Positions 31,286-33,358 of a stretch of DNA of 33,358 bases are shown piece after piece. A program made the translations under genes and the position numbers. Each line of letters opens with the position of its first letter. The stretch's first letter is position 1. The notes beneath the pieces are model-generated. The model searched no databases. It had not been told where the DNA came from and saw nothing but the letters and a program-made list of their open reading frames with translations. The stretch covers positions 1 to 33,358 of the forward strand of contig SHMW01000048.1 in assembly GCA_008080735.1 (NCBI GenBank). Reading direction: 5' to 3'. Origin of the DNA: Promethearchaeota archaeon. Lineage in GTDB: Archaea > Asgardarchaeota > Lokiarchaeia > Sigyniarchaeales > SOKP01.

Positions 31286-32638
31286 ACGCAATATAATTAT
31301 TTTGATGAAAAAAAGGAAAAAACTCCATGGGATGAGCTTGAGACAGATTTCGTGAAAAAAGGTCGATGGACTTTACAACGAATTTATGATAATATCCCAT
31401 TTTTAAGAGAAAGGTACAAAGAAGCTGGGATCTCTCCAGATGATCTGAAATCTATTGAAGATTTTGAAAAAATTCCATGTATGGATAAGGATGATTTTTT
31501 AGACAGCTTTCCAGATAGGTTAGTATGTGTTGATAAAGCTGAACTCATTCGTATGCATGCGACTTCGGGTACGAGTGGTCATCGTCCCACTTGTGGATTT
31601 TATACGAGAAATGATTTAGATACTTGGTCGTATTTATGTGCTCGAAATCTAGGTGCGATAGGTATGACTAAAAAGGATGTGTTTCAAAATACAACCTCTG
31701 CCGGATTATTCACCGGAGGATTTGGATATGCACAAGGATGTACGCTTTTAGGGGCAATGTTAATTCCATTTGGACCTGGTAATACTTCAAAACAGCTGGA
31801 ATTTTTTCAAACATTTAAAGTAACTTCATTTCATGCAATTCCATCATTTGGATTACGAATAGCAGAAATCATGGAACAAGAAGGAATCTCGAAGGATGAT
31901 CTTTATTTGAAATACGCCATTTTAGGTGCGGAGGGCTGGGCAGAGTCTACACGGGACACAATCGAAGATAGAGTAGGAATTAAAGCATACGATAACTATG
32001 GTTTAACGGAAGCTACTGGCCCGGGAGTCTCTGTTGAATGTCAAGAACAAAATGGGCTTCATATCTGGTCAGATTATTTTTATCCTGAAATTGTGGATCC
32101 CAAGACGGGAGAACTTTTAGGTGAGGGAGAAACTGGGGAGCTCGTACTAACAAGTTTATGGAAAGAGGCATTACCAATCTTTCGATATAGAACGGGAGAT
32201 ATTACAAGCTTACGAAGAAGCGAATGTCCCTGTGGTCGGACTGGTTTTATAATGGACAGAATTAAAGGAAGAAAGGATGATATGCATGTGATAAAAGGAG
32301 TTAATATTTATCCGTCTATGATTGAAGAGGAAATTTTCAAATTATCGGAATATTTCACTGATATTTATTTAATTGTCTATCACACTGTTGGAGTTTATGA
32401 TAATGTTTCAGTGAATGTAGAGGTTAAGGAAGGTGTGAACCAAGCGAAAGCTATAAAAGAATTGGAAAAAAATTTACGAGAAGCTACCTTCCTTCGGATA
32501 GATGCTAATCCATTTCCACCAGGGACTCTTCCACGCCAAGAGGGCAAAGCAATCCGTGTGAAAGACTTGCGAGACCGTCCAGACGGCTATAAAGGCTGGC
32601 TTAAAATGATGAATGAAAGAAATAACAATAAAGACTAG
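31286..32638 (+). CDS. paaK: Phenylacetate--CoA ligase family protein
   Basis: HATSGTSG, GLFTGGFG, GAEGW, YGLTE, RYRTGD and GRKDDM. The ORF track starts at GTG 31352, but the frame is open to 31280 with a PaaK-like N-terminus; ACG 31286 is proposed as the start. Confidence 0.88.
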   Translation, partial: TQYNYFDEKKEKTPWDELETDFVKKGRWTLQRIYDNIPFLRERYKEAGISPDDLKSIEDFEKIPCMDKDDFLDSFPDRLVCVDKAELIRMHATSGTSGHRPTCGFYTRNDLDTWSYLCARNLGAIGMTKKDVFQNTTSAGLFTGGFGYAQGCTLLGAMLIPFGPGNTSKQLEFFQTFKVTSFHAIPSFGLRIAEIMEQEGISKDDLYLKYAILGAEGWAESTRDTIEDRVGIKAYDNYGLTEATGPGVSVECQEQNGLHIWSDYFYPEIVDPKTGELLGEGETGELVLTSLWKEALPIFRYRTGDITSLRRSECPCGRTGFIMDRIKGRKDDMHVIKGVNIYPSMIEEEIFKLSEYFTDIYLIVYHTVGVYDNVSVNVEVKEGVNQAKAIKELEKNLREATFLRIDANPFPPGTLPRQEGKAIRVKDLRDRPDGYKGWLKMMNERNNNKD

Positions 32639-32644
32639 ATTGCT

Positions 32645-32682
32645 CTCTATTATATATTTTCTTATTTTATTTATTTTTTCAG
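32645..32682 (+). terminator. Putative T-rich archaeal terminator between convergent genes
   Basis: Successive T runs directly after the paaK stop. Weak evidence in an AT-rich genome. Confidence 0.35.
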
Positions 32683-32708
32683 ATTGGTTTTAAAATTAAT
32701 AAAAGAAA

Positions 32709-33358
32709 TTAGGGTTTTAATCGATTTTTAATCCATTTCGGCATCGCTAATGATAGATATAGAAAGAGTATGAATAGAAACGCAAACACCCAACCCAAAT
32801 ATACGAAAATAGAATATCCTGAATGTGAGAATACCACTATAAGAATATTATCAATGCTTATCATAACAAAAAAGACAATCATCGACATTACTCCCAAAAA
32901 GAGGATCAGTAATCCTTTTTCTAACACTTTTTCGTTTGCTTGGGATTTTGCCTTCCAACTGATTGTCGCAATAATCGAATAGATAGCTATAGAATAAACC
33001 GCAAATATGATGGTTGAATATGTTCGAATGTTTAATTTCCCCTCGTATACTTCACGGGGAAAACCCCACCAGTTCCAAGGTAAAAGTAAAAGAATTATAA
33101 TAATCATACCGAGAATGATGATTGGGATAAAACCCTTCCTCCCCTTTCCTGTTATTTCCATTGCAAAATTATAGAGAAAAATATCCGCGACCACCACACT
33201 GCAATATGATAGGGGAAAGGTTATTCGGTAGATCTCCTTAAAGTAGCCTGTAATAATGGTTTCTAGGGCACCTATCGCGAGGAATACTAAAGCAAAGAAG
33301 AATGCGATAAATACAAATGACAAATATAACGGTGACTTCACTTTTCTCTCTCTCCATT
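32709..33358 (-). CDS. Multi-pass membrane protein (7TM-like), 5'-truncated by the window edge
   Basis: The frame is open beyond GTG 33341 to the window end (…WRERKV); six TM segments visible; ends LYLSLAMPKW. Confidence 0.72.
   Translation of the reverse strand, partial: WRERKVKSPLYLSFVFIAFFFALVFLAIGALETIITGYFKEIYRITFPLSYCSVVVADIFLYNFAMEITGKGRKGFIPIIILGMIIIILLLLPWNWWGFPREVYEGKLNIRTYSTIIFAVYSIAIYSIIATISWKAKSQANEKVLEKGLLILFLGVMSMIVFFVMISIDNILIVVFSHSGYSIFVYLGWVFAFLFILFLYLSLAMPKWIKNRLKP

Overview
AT-rich, gene-dense archaeal chromosomal window, most likely from an Asgard archaeon of the Lokiarchaeia/Promethearchaeota type. This is inferred from the gene content (RpoM/TFS-like zinc ribbon, ADP-forming acyl-CoA synthetase alpha subunit, expanded CCG Fe-S, SCP2, alpha/beta-hydrolase and 7TM families) and GGTGA-like Shine-Dalgarno motifs; it was not tested by a search. 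About 31 CDS. No rRNA, tRNA, CRISPR array or transposase was recognised. Content: a bacterial-type RNase III with dsRBD; a TFS/RpoM paralog with only the N-terminal zinc ribbon; lipid, ester and acyl-CoA enzymes (SCP2, ICMT/PEMT-type methyltransferase, GDPD, acyl-CoA synthetase, three tandem alpha/beta hydrolases, membrane-anchored CocE/NonD, PaaK-like ligase); a GH2 beta-galactosidase with an MFS transporter; an orphan AmmeMemoRadiSam enzyme; a MoxR AAA+/vWA pair; two tandem CCG Fe-S proteins; two convergent UbiA-like paralogs; MscS; and three SAM methyltransferases. Most notable: (i) mscS and the paaK-like gene both have conserved-looking N-termini upstream of the first ATG/GTG and appear to start at ATA and ACG, each exactly 5 nt after a GAGnTGAT SD-like motif; (ii) a MoxR ATPase with an NE Walker B paired with an HExxH/acidic-linker/vWA protein; (iii) a duplicated CCG Fe-S plus UbiA cluster with asymmetric cysteine loss.
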